A stretch of DNA of 64,000 nt from Spirulina sp. (GTDB lineage: Bacteria; Cyanobacteriota; Cyanobacteriia; Phormidesmidales; Phormidesmidaceae). This document shows positions 51,601 to 62,200 of this stretch, in pieces (the stretch's first letter is position 1; each line of letters starts with the position of its first letter). The position numbers were made by a program, and so were the translations under genes. Location of the stretch: NCBI GenBank assembly GCA_044070495.1, contig JBIPSI010000018.1:32001-96000 (forward strand), in the 5' to 3' direction. Under the pieces are notes generated by a model. The model was not told the origin of the DNA. It ran no database searches and saw only the letters and a program-made list of their open reading frames with translations.

Positions 51601-54296
51601 GAGATGCCGGCAATGTAGAAATTACGGCTCAAGACCGAATTATCTTCGACGGTACGAGTGCCGATGGACGGTTCAGCAGTGCAGTCTTGAGTAGGGTAGG
51701 GCCTGATGCCCAAGGGAATGGCGGCAATGTGGTGATTCGCACGGGGTCTCTGACGGTCACCAACGGGGCACAGATCCTAGCCAACACCGAAGGCACCGGC
51801 GATGCGGGCAATGTGGACATTGAGGCCCGTGACCAGGTGGTTTTTGACGGCAGGAGTGCCAATGGCCAATTGATCAGCGCCGCCTTTAGTCGGGTGAATA
51901 CTGGGGCAGAGGGGGCGGGCGGCAATGTGGTGATTCGCACGGGTTCCCTATCCCTCACGGATGGGGCGCAACTCCTCGCCAACACTGAAGGCACGGGCAA
52001 TGCAGGCAACGTGGTGATTACAGCCCAAGATCAGGTTCTCTTAGACAATGCCAACCTCTTTAGTAGTGTGGGTTCTGAAGCCATCGGGACTGGGGGCAAC
52101 GTGGTGATTCGCACCGGTTCCCTCGCGGTGCTGAATGGGGCGCAACTCCTCGCCAACACTTCGGGCGCGGGGGATGCGGGAGACATAAACATTGAGGCCC
52201 GTGACACCGTTGTCTTTGACGGCACCGGCACCAATGGCCAATTTAGCAGTGCCGCCTTTAGCCGGGTTGATGCTGGGGCGGTAGGGAACGGGGGCAACGT
52301 GGTGATTCGCACGGGTTCCCTCGCGGTGCTGAATGGGGCGCAACTCCTCGCCAACACTTTGGGCACGGGAGATGCCGGTGATGTGGCCATCGAGGCCCGC
52401 GACACCATTGTTTTTGATGGCACGAGCGTTGATGGTCAGTTTCTCAGCGCTGCGTTTAGCAGTGTAGGCGCTGAAGCGGCGGGAGCCGGGGGCAACGTGA
52501 TCCTTCGCACCGGTTCCCTAACGGTGAGCAATGGCGCACAACTTGCCGCCAGCACCTTTGGCAGGGGCAATGCGGGTAATGTCGAGATTGAAGCCCGTGG
52601 CACCGTCGTTTTTGACGGCACTAGCGCTGATGACCAATTTGTCACAGCGGCCTTGAGCAACGTGGGATCTGAGGCAACGGGGGCTGGGGGGGATGTGGTA
52701 ATTCGCACGGGATCCTTGGAGGTCACCAATGGGGCGCAACTCGTGGCTAGCACCTTTGGCACTGGCAACGCAGGCAATGTAAACATTACCGCGCAGGATT
52801 GGGTCATCTTTGATGGCGTCAGTGCCGATGGCCGGTTTGGTAGTGCCGCCTTCAGCACCGTCGAAGCGGGGGGCATCGGCACTGGGGGCAACGTGATCCT
52901 TCGTACCGGTTCCCTAGCGGTGACTAATGGAGGGCAACTCCTCGCCAGCACCAGAGGCAATGGCAATGCGGGCAATGTAGAGATTGAGGCCCGTGATGCC
53001 GTCGTTTTTGAGGGCAGAAGCGCCAATGGCCAGCTTGCTAGTGCCGCCTTTAGCTCTGTCGAGGCAGGGGCCATCGGCGATGGCGGCAACGTGGTCGTGC
53101 GCACAGGAAGCTTGGACATCCTTAATGGAGCCGCCCTAACCACGAACACCCTGGGCGATGGCGATGCTGGAAATGTAGACATTTTGGCCCGAGACCAAGT
53201 CAATCTTCAGGGCACGAGTCGCCAGGGGAACCCCAGCGGGATTTTCACCAACAACACCGTTACCTCCACCGGGCGCAGCAACAATATCCAAATCACGGCC
53301 CCCGTCTTAACGGTGCAGGATGGTGCGGTCATGCTGGCCAGCACGAGCAACGGTCAGCCTGGGGGGAATATCACCCTGACCTTGGGGTCGCTAGAGGTGC
53401 TCAATGGCGGGCAAGTGGCCACCGGAAGCGTGGGGACTGGCCCGGCGGGAACGATTCGCATCAACGCTACGGAGGGCCTTCTCATCACCGGGAGTGACCC
53501 AAACTTTGCAAATCGGGTGGCGCAAGTTCCTGAAACAGCGAGCTTGCTTCTGCCCCAGAGTGCCATTTCGGTACAGGCCAGCGGATCCGGAACGGCGGGC
53601 AACATCATCCTAGGCGACCTCGGCACAACGCCGCTGCTGGTGTTAGACCAGGGGGGCCGCATCGTGGCCGAGGCGGCGGCAGGGGATGGGGGCAATATTG
53701 TCCTTCGTCTTAGCGATCTGCTGCTGCTGCGCAATGGCAGCCTCATTTCCACCACCGCTGGCACTGCCCAGACCGGAGGGGACGGCGGCAATATCACCAT
53801 TACCGTACCCTTCATCATTGCCCTGCGCGAAGAGAATAGCGACATTGCGGCGGATGCCTTTGCCGGAACGGGGGGCAGAGTCACCATCAATGCCAGGGGC
53901 ATCTTTGGCATCGAGCCTCGTCCCCAGCGCACCCCCTTCAGCGACATTACCGCCAGTTCTGAGCTAGGCATTAGCGGCGTGGTCACCCTCAACACCCTAG
54001 ACACCAGCGCCATTACCAACAGTCTCACCAGCCTAGACGACGCTGTGATCGACACCAGCCTGCTCACGGCGGGGAGTTGCATTGCCCGCACTGGCCCTAA
54101 TCAGGGATCGTTTGTGGTCACCGGCAGCGGCGGTTTGCCCCTGCGCCCTGGGGATAGCGCTATTTCCAGCTACCCCACGGGCACCGTGCGCACCCTCGCT
54201 ACCCCCACCGCCGCCCTGCAAGAACCCGATGGCGTGTATCAGTTACCCGATGGTCGGCTCGTCCTCAGTCGGGCCTGCGAGTCGGTTACTCCGTAG
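48657..54296 (+). CDS. Filamentous haemagglutinin-family two-partner secretion exoprotein (TpsA1)
   Basis: Signal peptide, TPS domain (NLFHSF..F, NPNGLVFG), Gly/Asn-rich beta-helix repeats of about 57-66 aa, conserved Cys-containing C-terminus. Confidence 0.93.
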   Translation: MPSLHRPWWLASLLAPGLWLSTPALAQLLPDATLGGEASLVLPGALIQGDLADQIGGGAIRGGNLFHSFLEFNIDAGQRVYFANPAGIEAILTRVTGGNPSNILGTLGVDGAADLFFINPNGLVFGENATLDIPGSFYASTAEAISLGEGVYSATVPEQSSLLTVNPSALFSNHLTAASGDIQSLGQLAAQGNLTLAANTVDLQGQVAAGGDLTLLGLDTVRIRDGVEAPFVGFAGGNLLVQGHDQVDIVALSHPDSGLYSYGDMVLRSGNPVGGDAYYWSGGNFRVETLDGDPGSLFSPIDPVIRALGDVEMFGYAGGSLHILAGGSVNIGTAIITAADPGVLGVDFLQETITLSDGTVVAIDGGAQPTLDVRAGLAPEAIGVISPGNISGLNPDAILLDLATTNEPLRGDITVGDVFIDAPNGLVLLTNQYQPNPTLAGGNIAVTGEGIYGDGIDARGFGGQGGTVYLDARNDVLVTNSSIETTGAGVVGDVVINAGNAVRLEEQNRRTVVGSSIAAGATGTGGDVRIRAATVEVLGGAQISASVFGNGDAGNVEITARDQVVFDGTTADGQFSSAAFSTVENGAVGTGGNIIIRTGSLAVTDGALLSTSTLGVGHAGHVEIEARDRVVFENADIFSRVGSDAIGDGGNITIRTGFLDATNGGFLSASTLGTGHAGNIDIEAREAVVFDSSDAVSDIGTGAVGVGGSVIIRAGSLDVLNGAQLSASTLGIGDAGNVEIEARDTVTFEGRSADGRFASAAFSRVEAEGQGRAGDIVISANAVRVANGASVESSTLGSGDAGDVLITAQDQVALDNASTFSRVGTSGVGSGGNVIIHTGSLEVRNGGQLSSSTLGLGDAGNVEITARDRVAFDGVNTNSQLRSAAFSTVQAGAEGAGGNIVIRTDTLEMTNGAGLSASTFGTGRAGNVDIEAQGQVIFDTTANALSNVGLGAVGEGGSVAIRADSLAVLNGAQLNASTLGIGDAGNVEITAQDRIIFDGTSADGRFSSAVLSRVGPDAQGNGGNVVIRTGSLTVTNGAQILANTEGTGDAGNVDIEARDQVVFDGRSANGQLISAAFSRVNTGAEGAGGNVVIRTGSLSLTDGAQLLANTEGTGNAGNVVITAQDQVLLDNANLFSSVGSEAIGTGGNVVIRTGSLAVLNGAQLLANTSGAGDAGDINIEARDTVVFDGTGTNGQFSSAAFSRVDAGAVGNGGNVVIRTGSLAVLNGAQLLANTLGTGDAGDVAIEARDTIVFDGTSVDGQFLSAAFSSVGAEAAGAGGNVILRTGSLTVSNGAQLAASTFGRGNAGNVEIEARGTVVFDGTSADDQFVTAALSNVGSEATGAGGDVVIRTGSLEVTNGAQLVASTFGTGNAGNVNITAQDWVIFDGVSADGRFGSAAFSTVEAGGIGTGGNVILRTGSLAVTNGGQLLASTRGNGNAGNVEIEARDAVVFEGRSANGQLASAAFSSVEAGAIGDGGNVVVRTGSLDILNGAALTTNTLGDGDAGNVDILARDQVNLQGTSRQGNPSGIFTNNTVTSTGRSNNIQITAPVLTVQDGAVMLASTSNGQPGGNITLTLGSLEVLNGGQVATGSVGTGPAGTIRINATEGLLITGSDPNFANRVAQVPETASLLLPQSAISVQASGSGTAGNIILGDLGTTPLLVLDQGGRIVAEAAAGDGGNIVLRLSDLLLLRNGSLISTTAGTAQTGGDGGNITITVPFIIALREENSDIAADAFAGTGGRVTINARGIFGIEPRPQRTPFSDITASSELGISGVVTLNTLDTSAITNSLTSLDDAVIDTSLLTAGSCIARTGPNQGSFVVTGSGGLPLRPGDSAISSYPTGTVRTLATPTAALQEPDGVYQLPDGRLVLSRACESVTP

Positions 54297-54552
54297 GGTT
54301 TACCCCAGGGGCGGCTGGTTAAGTCGCTGCCTGAGGCTAAGGGTCTGGTCGTCAGGATCCGTCGTGGTGGTAGGGCCATGGGGCAAGGCTATGGCTCGTC
54401 TGCGCGGTGGGGCGACGACGGTGAGCAAGTCGGGCCAGGATGGTGAGGATTAAACCGTCGGAGTCGGTCGCAACTTCTATACTTGGGGAGAAGCCTGGGC
54501 CTGCGGGCTGGGCTATGGGGGCACTACAACCCACGCTACCGTATCTTCAGCC

Positions 54553-56451
54553 ATGCCGAGAATAACCGTTAAACCCCCGTCCTGGCTCCGTCGCCTCCCC
54601 TGGGAAGCGGTGGGGCCGGGGGGAATAGTGCTGGGGTTGATCCTGCTGGCCCAGGGGTTGGGGATGTTCCACGGGCTAGAACTCAAGGTCTTAGACAGCC
54701 TGCTGCGTCTGCGCCCCACCGAACCGATGGATGAGCGCATTTTAGTTGTGGCTATTGATGAGGACGACATCCAGGCGCTCGGCACCTATCCCATCCCTGA
54801 TCAGGTGTTGGCCGATCTGCTCAACCGCCTCCAGCCGCACCAGCCCAGGGCGGTGGGCATCGATATTTTCCGAGACTTTGTGGTAGAACCAGGGCACGAC
54901 AACCTCGTGGCCACCTTGAAGGCCATGCCCCAGGTGATCGGCATAGAAAAGGTGCTGGATTACCCGATTCGGCCCCCAGCCATGCTGCCTCCAGAACGGG
55001 TTGGGTTTGTAGATTTACCCCTAGACGACGATGGCTTTGTGCGCCAGGTGTTGCTGGGCACCTACAGCCCCACGGGGGACTATCACTTTGCCCTATCGCT
55101 GCGGCTGGCGGAGCAGTACTTAGGGGCCGAGGGGTTAGGGCTAGAAAATGGCCTGCAAGACCCCGCTGCCATGCGCTTTGGCCAAACGGAACTGACGCGA
55201 TTTCGTGGCCAGGGCGGCGGCTGGAACCCTGAACCCACGGGCAATCAAATGCTGCTGAATCCCCGTGCCGGACGTACCCCCTTTCGGCGAGTCACCCTGA
55301 AGCAGGTGATGGCCAATGACGTTAACCCCGCCTGGATGCGGGAGGCCATTGTGCTGATTGGGATTACCTCCCTCAGCGTTAAGGACTTAGTCAATTCAGC
55401 GGCGATTGTCTCCGATAACCCAGGGCTGGTCTACGGTGTGGATTTCCATGCCCACGCCGTCAGCCAAATCGTCAGTGCAGTGCTGGACGGTCGGCCCCTG
55501 CTGCGGGAGTGGCCCCTGGGGCTTACCTACGGCTGGACAATGATCTGGGGGCTGGGGGGGCTAGGGCTGGCCCTGCTCACCCGGCAACTCTGGATCTCGG
55601 TGGCGGTGGCGGCGGTGGCCCTAGGGTGCTTGGGCCTAGCGGCAGGAGTTTGGGTTGGAGCGGGGCTTTGGGTGCCCGTGGTCAGTCCGGCCCTGGCGTT
55701 TATGCTCACTAGCGCCATCACCACCAGCCTGCGCCTTGCCCAAACCCAGCAGCACATCCTGCTCAGCCGTCGCCTACTGGGGCAGCAAACGTCGCCGGAA
55801 ATTGCCCAGGCCCTCTGGGACGGACGCCAACAACTGCTTCAAGACGGCAAACTTTCGGCCCAAATGCTCACGGCTACCATTCTTTTCTCCGACATCTGCG
55901 CCTTTACCAGCCTCTCCGAACAACAGCCGCCCCAGCAGCTTCTAGGCTGGCTCAACGACTATTTCATGGCCATGACGGAGGCCGTCCAAGACCACCAGGG
56001 CGTGGTGACCAAGTTTATTGGCGATGGCCTGATGGCGGTGTTTGGGGTACCCATTGCCCGCACCAGTGCCCTAGAGATTGCCGCCGATGCCGAACGAGCC
56101 GTGGCCTGTGCCCTAGCCATGGATCAACGGCTGGCCCAACTCAACCAACAATGGCAGCGCCAAGGGTTACCCCCCATCCGCATCCGCATTGGCATTTTTA
56201 CGGGGCCGGTGATGGTGGGCAGTTTGGGGGGCCGTCAACGGCTGGAATACGGTGTCGTGGGAGATAGCGTCAACACCGCATCCCGACTGGAAAGTTGCAC
56301 CAAGCATCGCCAACCCGCCCCCTGCCGCATCCTCATTGCCGAGGAAACCCTGCAATACCTCAAAACTCCCTTCCAGCTTGAGCCATGGGGAGAGATGCCC
56401 CTGCGCGGCAAACACAAAACCGTCCGGGTCTACCGCGTCTTGTCGGCCTAA
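54553..56451 (+). CDS. CHASE2 class III nucleotidyl (adenylate) cyclase
   Basis: CHASE2, 3 TM, FSDICAFT, KFIGDG, GDSVNTASRLES. Confidence 0.92.
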   Translation: MPRITVKPPSWLRRLPWEAVGPGGIVLGLILLAQGLGMFHGLELKVLDSLLRLRPTEPMDERILVVAIDEDDIQALGTYPIPDQVLADLLNRLQPHQPRAVGIDIFRDFVVEPGHDNLVATLKAMPQVIGIEKVLDYPIRPPAMLPPERVGFVDLPLDDDGFVRQVLLGTYSPTGDYHFALSLRLAEQYLGAEGLGLENGLQDPAAMRFGQTELTRFRGQGGGWNPEPTGNQMLLNPRAGRTPFRRVTLKQVMANDVNPAWMREAIVLIGITSLSVKDLVNSAAIVSDNPGLVYGVDFHAHAVSQIVSAVLDGRPLLREWPLGLTYGWTMIWGLGGLGLALLTRQLWISVAVAAVALGCLGLAAGVWVGAGLWVPVVSPALAFMLTSAITTSLRLAQTQQHILLSRRLLGQQTSPEIAQALWDGRQQLLQDGKLSAQMLTATILFSDICAFTSLSEQQPPQQLLGWLNDYFMAMTEAVQDHQGVVTKFIGDGLMAVFGVPIARTSALEIAADAERAVACALAMDQRLAQLNQQWQRQGLPPIRIRIGIFTGPVMVGSLGGRQRLEYGVVGDSVNTASRLESCTKHRQPAPCRILIAEETLQYLKTPFQLEPWGEMPLRGKHKTVRVYRVLSA

Positions 56452-56484
56452 AGACCAGGCCAAAGACCGAGGATCAGACCAGGT

Positions 56485-59124
56485 CTACAGCCAATTGCCC
56501 ACCAGCACCAGGGGAGCCCACTTACCCGGTAGCAGGTTAGGATTGTCCCGAATCGCCTGGATTTGCGCCTTCTGAAGCGCCTGGGCCTTATTTAGGGTGG
56601 GATCCTTCAACAAGCGGTAAAAGTCTTGGGTGATGGTGGCCGTCGCTCGATCCTCCACCTGCCACAAAGAGGCAATGGCACTGCGCGCCCCCGCCCGAAT
56701 GGCCACCCCCGCCAAGCCCAAGGTAGCCCGATCATCGCCGATGGCAGTTTCGCAGGCCGTTAGCACGACCAGGTCAATCTGCTGATTGTCGTCGGTGCTG
56801 GCGCGAATGAAGGATTCGAGCTGACCAAAGGTGACCTTTTCGCCCTGGCCCGTAATGATGAAATTGTTGTCGGGGTCGGGGCTAAAGAGGCCGTGGGTGG
56901 CCAGGTGCACAATGGGATAGGGGGTGGCTTGCAACGCCTGCTGAAGCTGCCGTTTGCTGAAATCTTGATCGAGGAAGACCTGACTGCCCGGTAACTGAGC
57001 CACCACCGATGCCACCTCGGTGGGCACATAGGCTAAGGCTGAAAACACCTGATCCCCCACCGCCACCTCCTGGCTAATGCCCAGCACCAACGCCTGTAAA
57101 TTTTCGGGTCGCAGGGTGGGGGCGGCGGTGAGGGTGAGGGCTGGAGTCGTTGCAATTGCATACTTTTCAATCAAGAATTGCTGGCCATCATGGAGTGCGG
57201 CCATCGGCACACTGCGTAAAAAACCATCGTGAATGAAGACGAGAGTATTGATTTTCGCCTCCTCCAGGGCCGGGGCTAACGGCTCAATGATTTGCCCATA
57301 AAGTTGTTCGGCAATCGTGGTGTCAAAGGGTTCTGTATACAAATTCTCCAAGCCCACTCGAAAATCGATTACAGTTGCTTGCAACTGCTGGCTGTCATCA
57401 ATCCAAATAAGTTGGGGTAATTGATTGGGAATGTTTGCAATCAGGGCGGTGCGGTCGGGAAACACCACCGAGCTAATCACGGCGGTTTGGCTACTCTGGG
57501 CCAAGAGATCCACTCGTGCCCCGGCCACGGGATTAAGGATGCAGTCGTTACCAAAGTAGTTTTGCAGTTCCGCCAGTCGTAGGGTATCGGCGGTTTCTAG
57601 GGCCTCCTCCAGCAGCGCCGGATTGGCCGAGGTGGGAGCATCCCCCTGCTTGGTTGCCACCAGGGGCGCATCCACCGCCGCCGCCAACTGAAGCTCAATC
57701 AACTCGCGATAGATGGGGGCCACGGTGTCGCGAAAGTCGAACTGTACGTCTTGATCGGCCACCAAAATTTCGGTACGCAGAGAATCGAGGGTGGTCACCG
57801 CCTGGTTGTAGGCCGCCAGGGACGCCGGATTGTCGCCCTGCCGTCGGTAAATGCGGCCCGCCTGCCACTGCCATAGGTAAAGGCTATCGGCGGATCCAGC
57901 CTCTTGGAGTGCCTTCACCTGGGCCTGCTGGGTCAGCGCCAGGGCGGCATTGAGATCCCCCTGACACTCGGCCAAATGCCCCAATTCACCCAGCGCAAAG
58001 GACTCAGACCGCGCATCGCCAATTTGGGCGGCAATGGCGAATCCGCGTTCCAGCCACCGACGAGCCTGGGCCTCCTGCCCTGGCACAACGCAGCGAAAGG
58101 CGGTGTTGACGGGCTGGTAGGATCGCCCTAGAGCAATGGATCCGTAGGCTAGGTCGCGGCTGGCGGGCCGTTGATCGATCAGCGCCCCCAACCGCTGGCG
58201 GGTTGAGGCCACCGCTGCCGAGTTGTTCTGGCGGCGATAAATGGGCAGCAGATTCAGCAGGGTTTGAAACTCTCCCCCTGGGTTGGCCTGCCGTTGGGCC
58301 ACGGCGAGGGCGTTCTCAAAATGCGCCTGGGCCTGGGCTTCATACCCCTGAGCGACCTGGAAAAACTCGTCCCCAATGTCTACTAGGCCAATCTGGTTGG
58401 CCCCATCGGCGCGACGAAAATTTACCTGGGACTGGCGACTGGCAATACTGCCCAGACTATTCAGCATCGGCACCTCAAAGGAGGCATACGCGGGATCCTC
58501 CGCCAAGGCCAGCCCCAGCTGCAAAAACGCCTCCGCCTCTGCATAGTCGCCCTGGAGCCGATAGGCCTCCCCCAAACTGCCGAGGGTCGCCATTTGCCCC
58601 AGGGTGTCGTTGGCCGCCATGGCCATGGGGAGAGCCGAACCGGGTTCGCAGTCGTCCACCTGAGTTCCGGCCTTAGGCAAGCACAGCAGCGCAATGGCCC
58701 GCCGCTGCTGCCCCAACCCCAGATACACCTGCGCTTGCTCCGTCAGCATCCGCCCCACCTGGGCTGGCTGGCCCAGGTGGCGATACAGCGCTTCCGCCGC
58801 CGCCCAAGCCTGAAGGGCCGCTGTGGTTTGGCCAAGCTGCTGATAGGCCCTAGCTAAGTTCTCCTGCACAATGGCCTGATCGCCCGATGAATCACCGGGG
58901 GGATAGGCTTCCAGCGCCGCCCGCCAGCGCTCCACCGCCCCCTGATAATCCCCAGCCTGGTACCGCGACACCCCCTCCTGCACCCACTGCGCCGGGGTCG
59001 CCGCCTGGGCCGGAGATGCCCCTACCCACCCTAGCGCCTGCCCCAACAGCAACGCCAGGGCCAGCCCTAGCCCGAACAACACACTCAGCCAACCGCGCCC
59101 AAGGCGACGAAGACGTGGGGACAT
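56485..59124 (-). CDS. Exported TPR-CHAT (caspase/HetF-like) protease
   Basis: Signal peptide ending ASPAQA, many TPRs, HLATHG and LTACET dyad, SLWQV, WAPLVLVGNWL. Confidence 0.93.
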   Translation of the reverse strand: MSPRLRRLGRGWLSVLFGLGLALALLLGQALGWVGASPAQAATPAQWVQEGVSRYQAGDYQGAVERWRAALEAYPPGDSSGDQAIVQENLARAYQQLGQTTAALQAWAAAEALYRHLGQPAQVGRMLTEQAQVYLGLGQQRRAIALLCLPKAGTQVDDCEPGSALPMAMAANDTLGQMATLGSLGEAYRLQGDYAEAEAFLQLGLALAEDPAYASFEVPMLNSLGSIASRQSQVNFRRADGANQIGLVDIGDEFFQVAQGYEAQAQAHFENALAVAQRQANPGGEFQTLLNLLPIYRRQNNSAAVASTRQRLGALIDQRPASRDLAYGSIALGRSYQPVNTAFRCVVPGQEAQARRWLERGFAIAAQIGDARSESFALGELGHLAECQGDLNAALALTQQAQVKALQEAGSADSLYLWQWQAGRIYRRQGDNPASLAAYNQAVTTLDSLRTEILVADQDVQFDFRDTVAPIYRELIELQLAAAVDAPLVATKQGDAPTSANPALLEEALETADTLRLAELQNYFGNDCILNPVAGARVDLLAQSSQTAVISSVVFPDRTALIANIPNQLPQLIWIDDSQQLQATVIDFRVGLENLYTEPFDTTIAEQLYGQIIEPLAPALEEAKINTLVFIHDGFLRSVPMAALHDGQQFLIEKYAIATTPALTLTAAPTLRPENLQALVLGISQEVAVGDQVFSALAYVPTEVASVVAQLPGSQVFLDQDFSKRQLQQALQATPYPIVHLATHGLFSPDPDNNFIITGQGEKVTFGQLESFIRASTDDNQQIDLVVLTACETAIGDDRATLGLAGVAIRAGARSAIASLWQVEDRATATITQDFYRLLKDPTLNKAQALQKAQIQAIRDNPNLLPGKWAPLVLVGNWL

Positions 59125-59264
59125 GGAAACGGCACCTCAGCCAACGTAGGATACAGATTTTTAAGCCCAGTTCCAGTATTCTAAGTAATTACAATGAGGT
59201 CTCAGTATTCGCTCAGTGTTTACAGCTAGCTTTCAGGGTACCAGAGGTCTACCACGGAGGGAGG

Positions 59265-62200
59265 ATGCCAGGGTACAAAAGGAACCGTTGGCCGCTCAGA
59301 TTGCTCGTTTTAGGGGTTGTGGGGGGCGCTAGCGGCCTCGTCCTGCCCAAAGCGGCCCTCGCCCAAAACGCCATCACCCCCGATGCCACCCTCGGCGGCG
59401 AGGCATCTCAGGTATTTGCCTTTCCTTTCTTCCCTACCCTAGACTTCATCCAAGGTGGTGCGCTCCGAGGCACCAACCTCTTCCACAGCTTTGAGCAGTT
59501 CAGCATTGGCGAGGGTTTCGCCGCTTATTTTGTCGCCCCCACGGTAGATACCGCCAATATCTTTGCCCGTGTTACGGGGGGCAATCCATCGGAAATCTTG
59601 GGTCTTTTGGGAACCGTTCAGGCGGACTTCTCACCCTCTGCGGCCAACCTATTTTTGCTCAACCCCAACGGCATTCTCTTTGGCCCTGGGGCCAGCTTGG
59701 ATATTGGCGGTTCCTTTGTTGCCACCACCGCCGATGCTATTCAGTTTGGCGATCAGGGAATCTTTAGCGCCCTAGTTCCAGAGTCAGATAACTTATTAGA
59801 AATTAATCCATCAGCCCTGTGGTTTAGCGGTCTTACTGCACCAAAAAATATTGAAGTTCGTGGCGATTCACCTGTCAATCTGGTTACCTTGCGAGTCTTA
59901 GAAGAACGAAACCTAACTCTGATTGGAGGCAACATCAATTTCGATTATGGACAATTATTTACCCCAGGAGGACGAACCAATATTGTGGCGTTAGCCGCAG
60001 GCGGTATCGTAGAACTCAACAACCTAGACAGTTCATTAGCCGTACCCGCAATGAGTCAGCGGGCCGATGTAGTATTCAATAATTCATCCGCTATAAACGC
60101 CGTGTCGGGCGGCGGCGGAGATATTTCTATCATTGCCGACAATGTGACTATCTCTAATTCTAGCGGGATTTTTACAGGTATAGGCCCTAATCTTGGTGAT
60201 GATGAAAGCCAATCTGGAGATATTCGTGTTGACGCAAGCGGAACTGTCACTGTTCTCAATAATAGCTTCATTGGCAATGCCGTATTGGGTCAGGGGAGGG
60301 GTGGCGGCATTATCGTTCAGGCTCAGGACATTTCGATGATCAATGGTAGCCAAATTTCGGCGGCAGGCATTGGAACCGGCAGCGTTGGCAATGTTACTCT
60401 TGAGGCCACTGAAAATATATCTCTGTCGGGGGTAGGAGTTAACGGAACACCGAGTGGTATTTTAAGCTCTGTGGCACAAAACGTTCCTGGGTTCGAGAAC
60501 TTTCCTGGCCAGGGTGATAGTGGCAGTATTAACCTAAGAGCGACCAATCTAACTCTGTCGGATCGAGCCATAATATCTAGTTCTAGCGTATTTGCCCCAG
60601 GTCGCTCAGGTAATATCGACGTTGTCGTCGATAGCTTCACCTTAAATGGAGGTGCTCAGCTTTTTAGCAGCACCTTCGGTGATGGAAATGCTGGTGACGT
60701 TTCGATTTCTACTCGATTGCTAACGGTGCAAGGCGGTAGCTCGATTCGGAGTGATACTTCTGGCTCAGGGCAGGGTGGATCTCTAATCATACGAGCAACG
60801 GAAGCCACTAATTTAATTGGGTCGGATCCCTCAGAAGCTGGAGGTGGAGGTAGCAGATTGTCCACAGAAGCAGCTAACTCCGGTGATGCAGGGCTACTGC
60901 GCTTAGAAACGGGACAATTAACATTACAAGATGGGGCTGGCATTGATGCCTCAACTTTTGGCTCTGGCTCAGCGGGAAGTGTTGAGATTACTGCTGATTC
61001 AATTTATCTAACGGGAGTTCGAGCTGATCGCCAATTTGCCAGCACCATTCGTAGTATTTCTGGCATTAGCTCAGATCTAATTCCTGCAACAGGAAATGCA
61101 GGCAATCTTTCGATTACTACCCGCCTGCTTTCTGTGGAAGATGGTAGTTCCATTGAAACCGCAACCTATGGCGCAGGTCAAGGTGGAGCTTTGACCGTAC
61201 GAGCCATAGAAACGATAGGGTTAATCGGTTCAGGTTCTCTAACTACTGGGGATACGAGTAGTGGGCTTGCCACTCAAACCTTTGGATCTGGCAATGCAGG
61301 CCAATTTAGATTATACGTAGGAGAACTTAGTCTTCAAGACGGAGCGGGTATTAGCACCTCCACCTTCGATGCGGGCAATGCAGGAAGTCTTGAAATCAAT
61401 GCAGACTCCATTCGTCTGACAGGGATTCGGGCCGATCAAAACTTTTCTAGCAGTATCCGAAGTATTGCTGGGGTTACCTTTGAGGGTATCCCAGCAACGG
61501 GCAATGCAGGTAACCTTTCTATCAACACTCGATTGCTCAGTGTGGAGGATGGAGGCTCCATCCAAACCACAACTGCTGGCCCAGGGCGGGGTGGGAATTT
61601 AGTGGTAGATGTCACGGAAAAAACGGAGTTGATTGGCTCTGGTTCACTCACCACTGGAGTTGCAAGTAGTGGATTATCTACGGGCACGACGGGTTCTGGT
61701 GATGCAGGCTTGTTAAGCCTTTCTACCGGGCAACTGATCGTGCGGGATGGGGCTACGGTGAACGCCTCGACCTTTGGCGGTTCCGGCTCGGCTGGAAATT
61801 TATCGATAACGGCAGACTCGATTCATTTATCAGGTATTCGATCAGATCTGCAATTTGCAAGCACTATCCAAAGCATTTCTGGCTTTAGTCCTGATTTTGT
61901 TCCTGCAACGGGCAACGCAGGCAATCTTTCCATCTCTACCCGGTTGCTGACTGTGGAAGATGGCGGATCTATTGAAACGGCAACCTATGGCCCAGGACAG
62001 GGCGGCGATCTAACCATAAACGCAACGGAAGCTGTAAATTTAACGGGTTCAGGTGCTCTGTCCTTTAGAACGATCAGTAGCGGACTAGGCACCCAAGCCT
62101 TCGGTGCTGGCAATGCGGGTAATTTGCGATTAGCAACAGAGCAACTCACCATTCAGGACGGAGCGGGGATGAGTACCTCCACCTTTGGCGGTTCAGGCTC

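Noticed and set aside
58887..59264. Pro-rich N-terminal extension of the 1477-aa ORF
   Set aside because: It overlaps the CHAT gene on the opposite strand; the RBS and signal peptide support a start at 59265.
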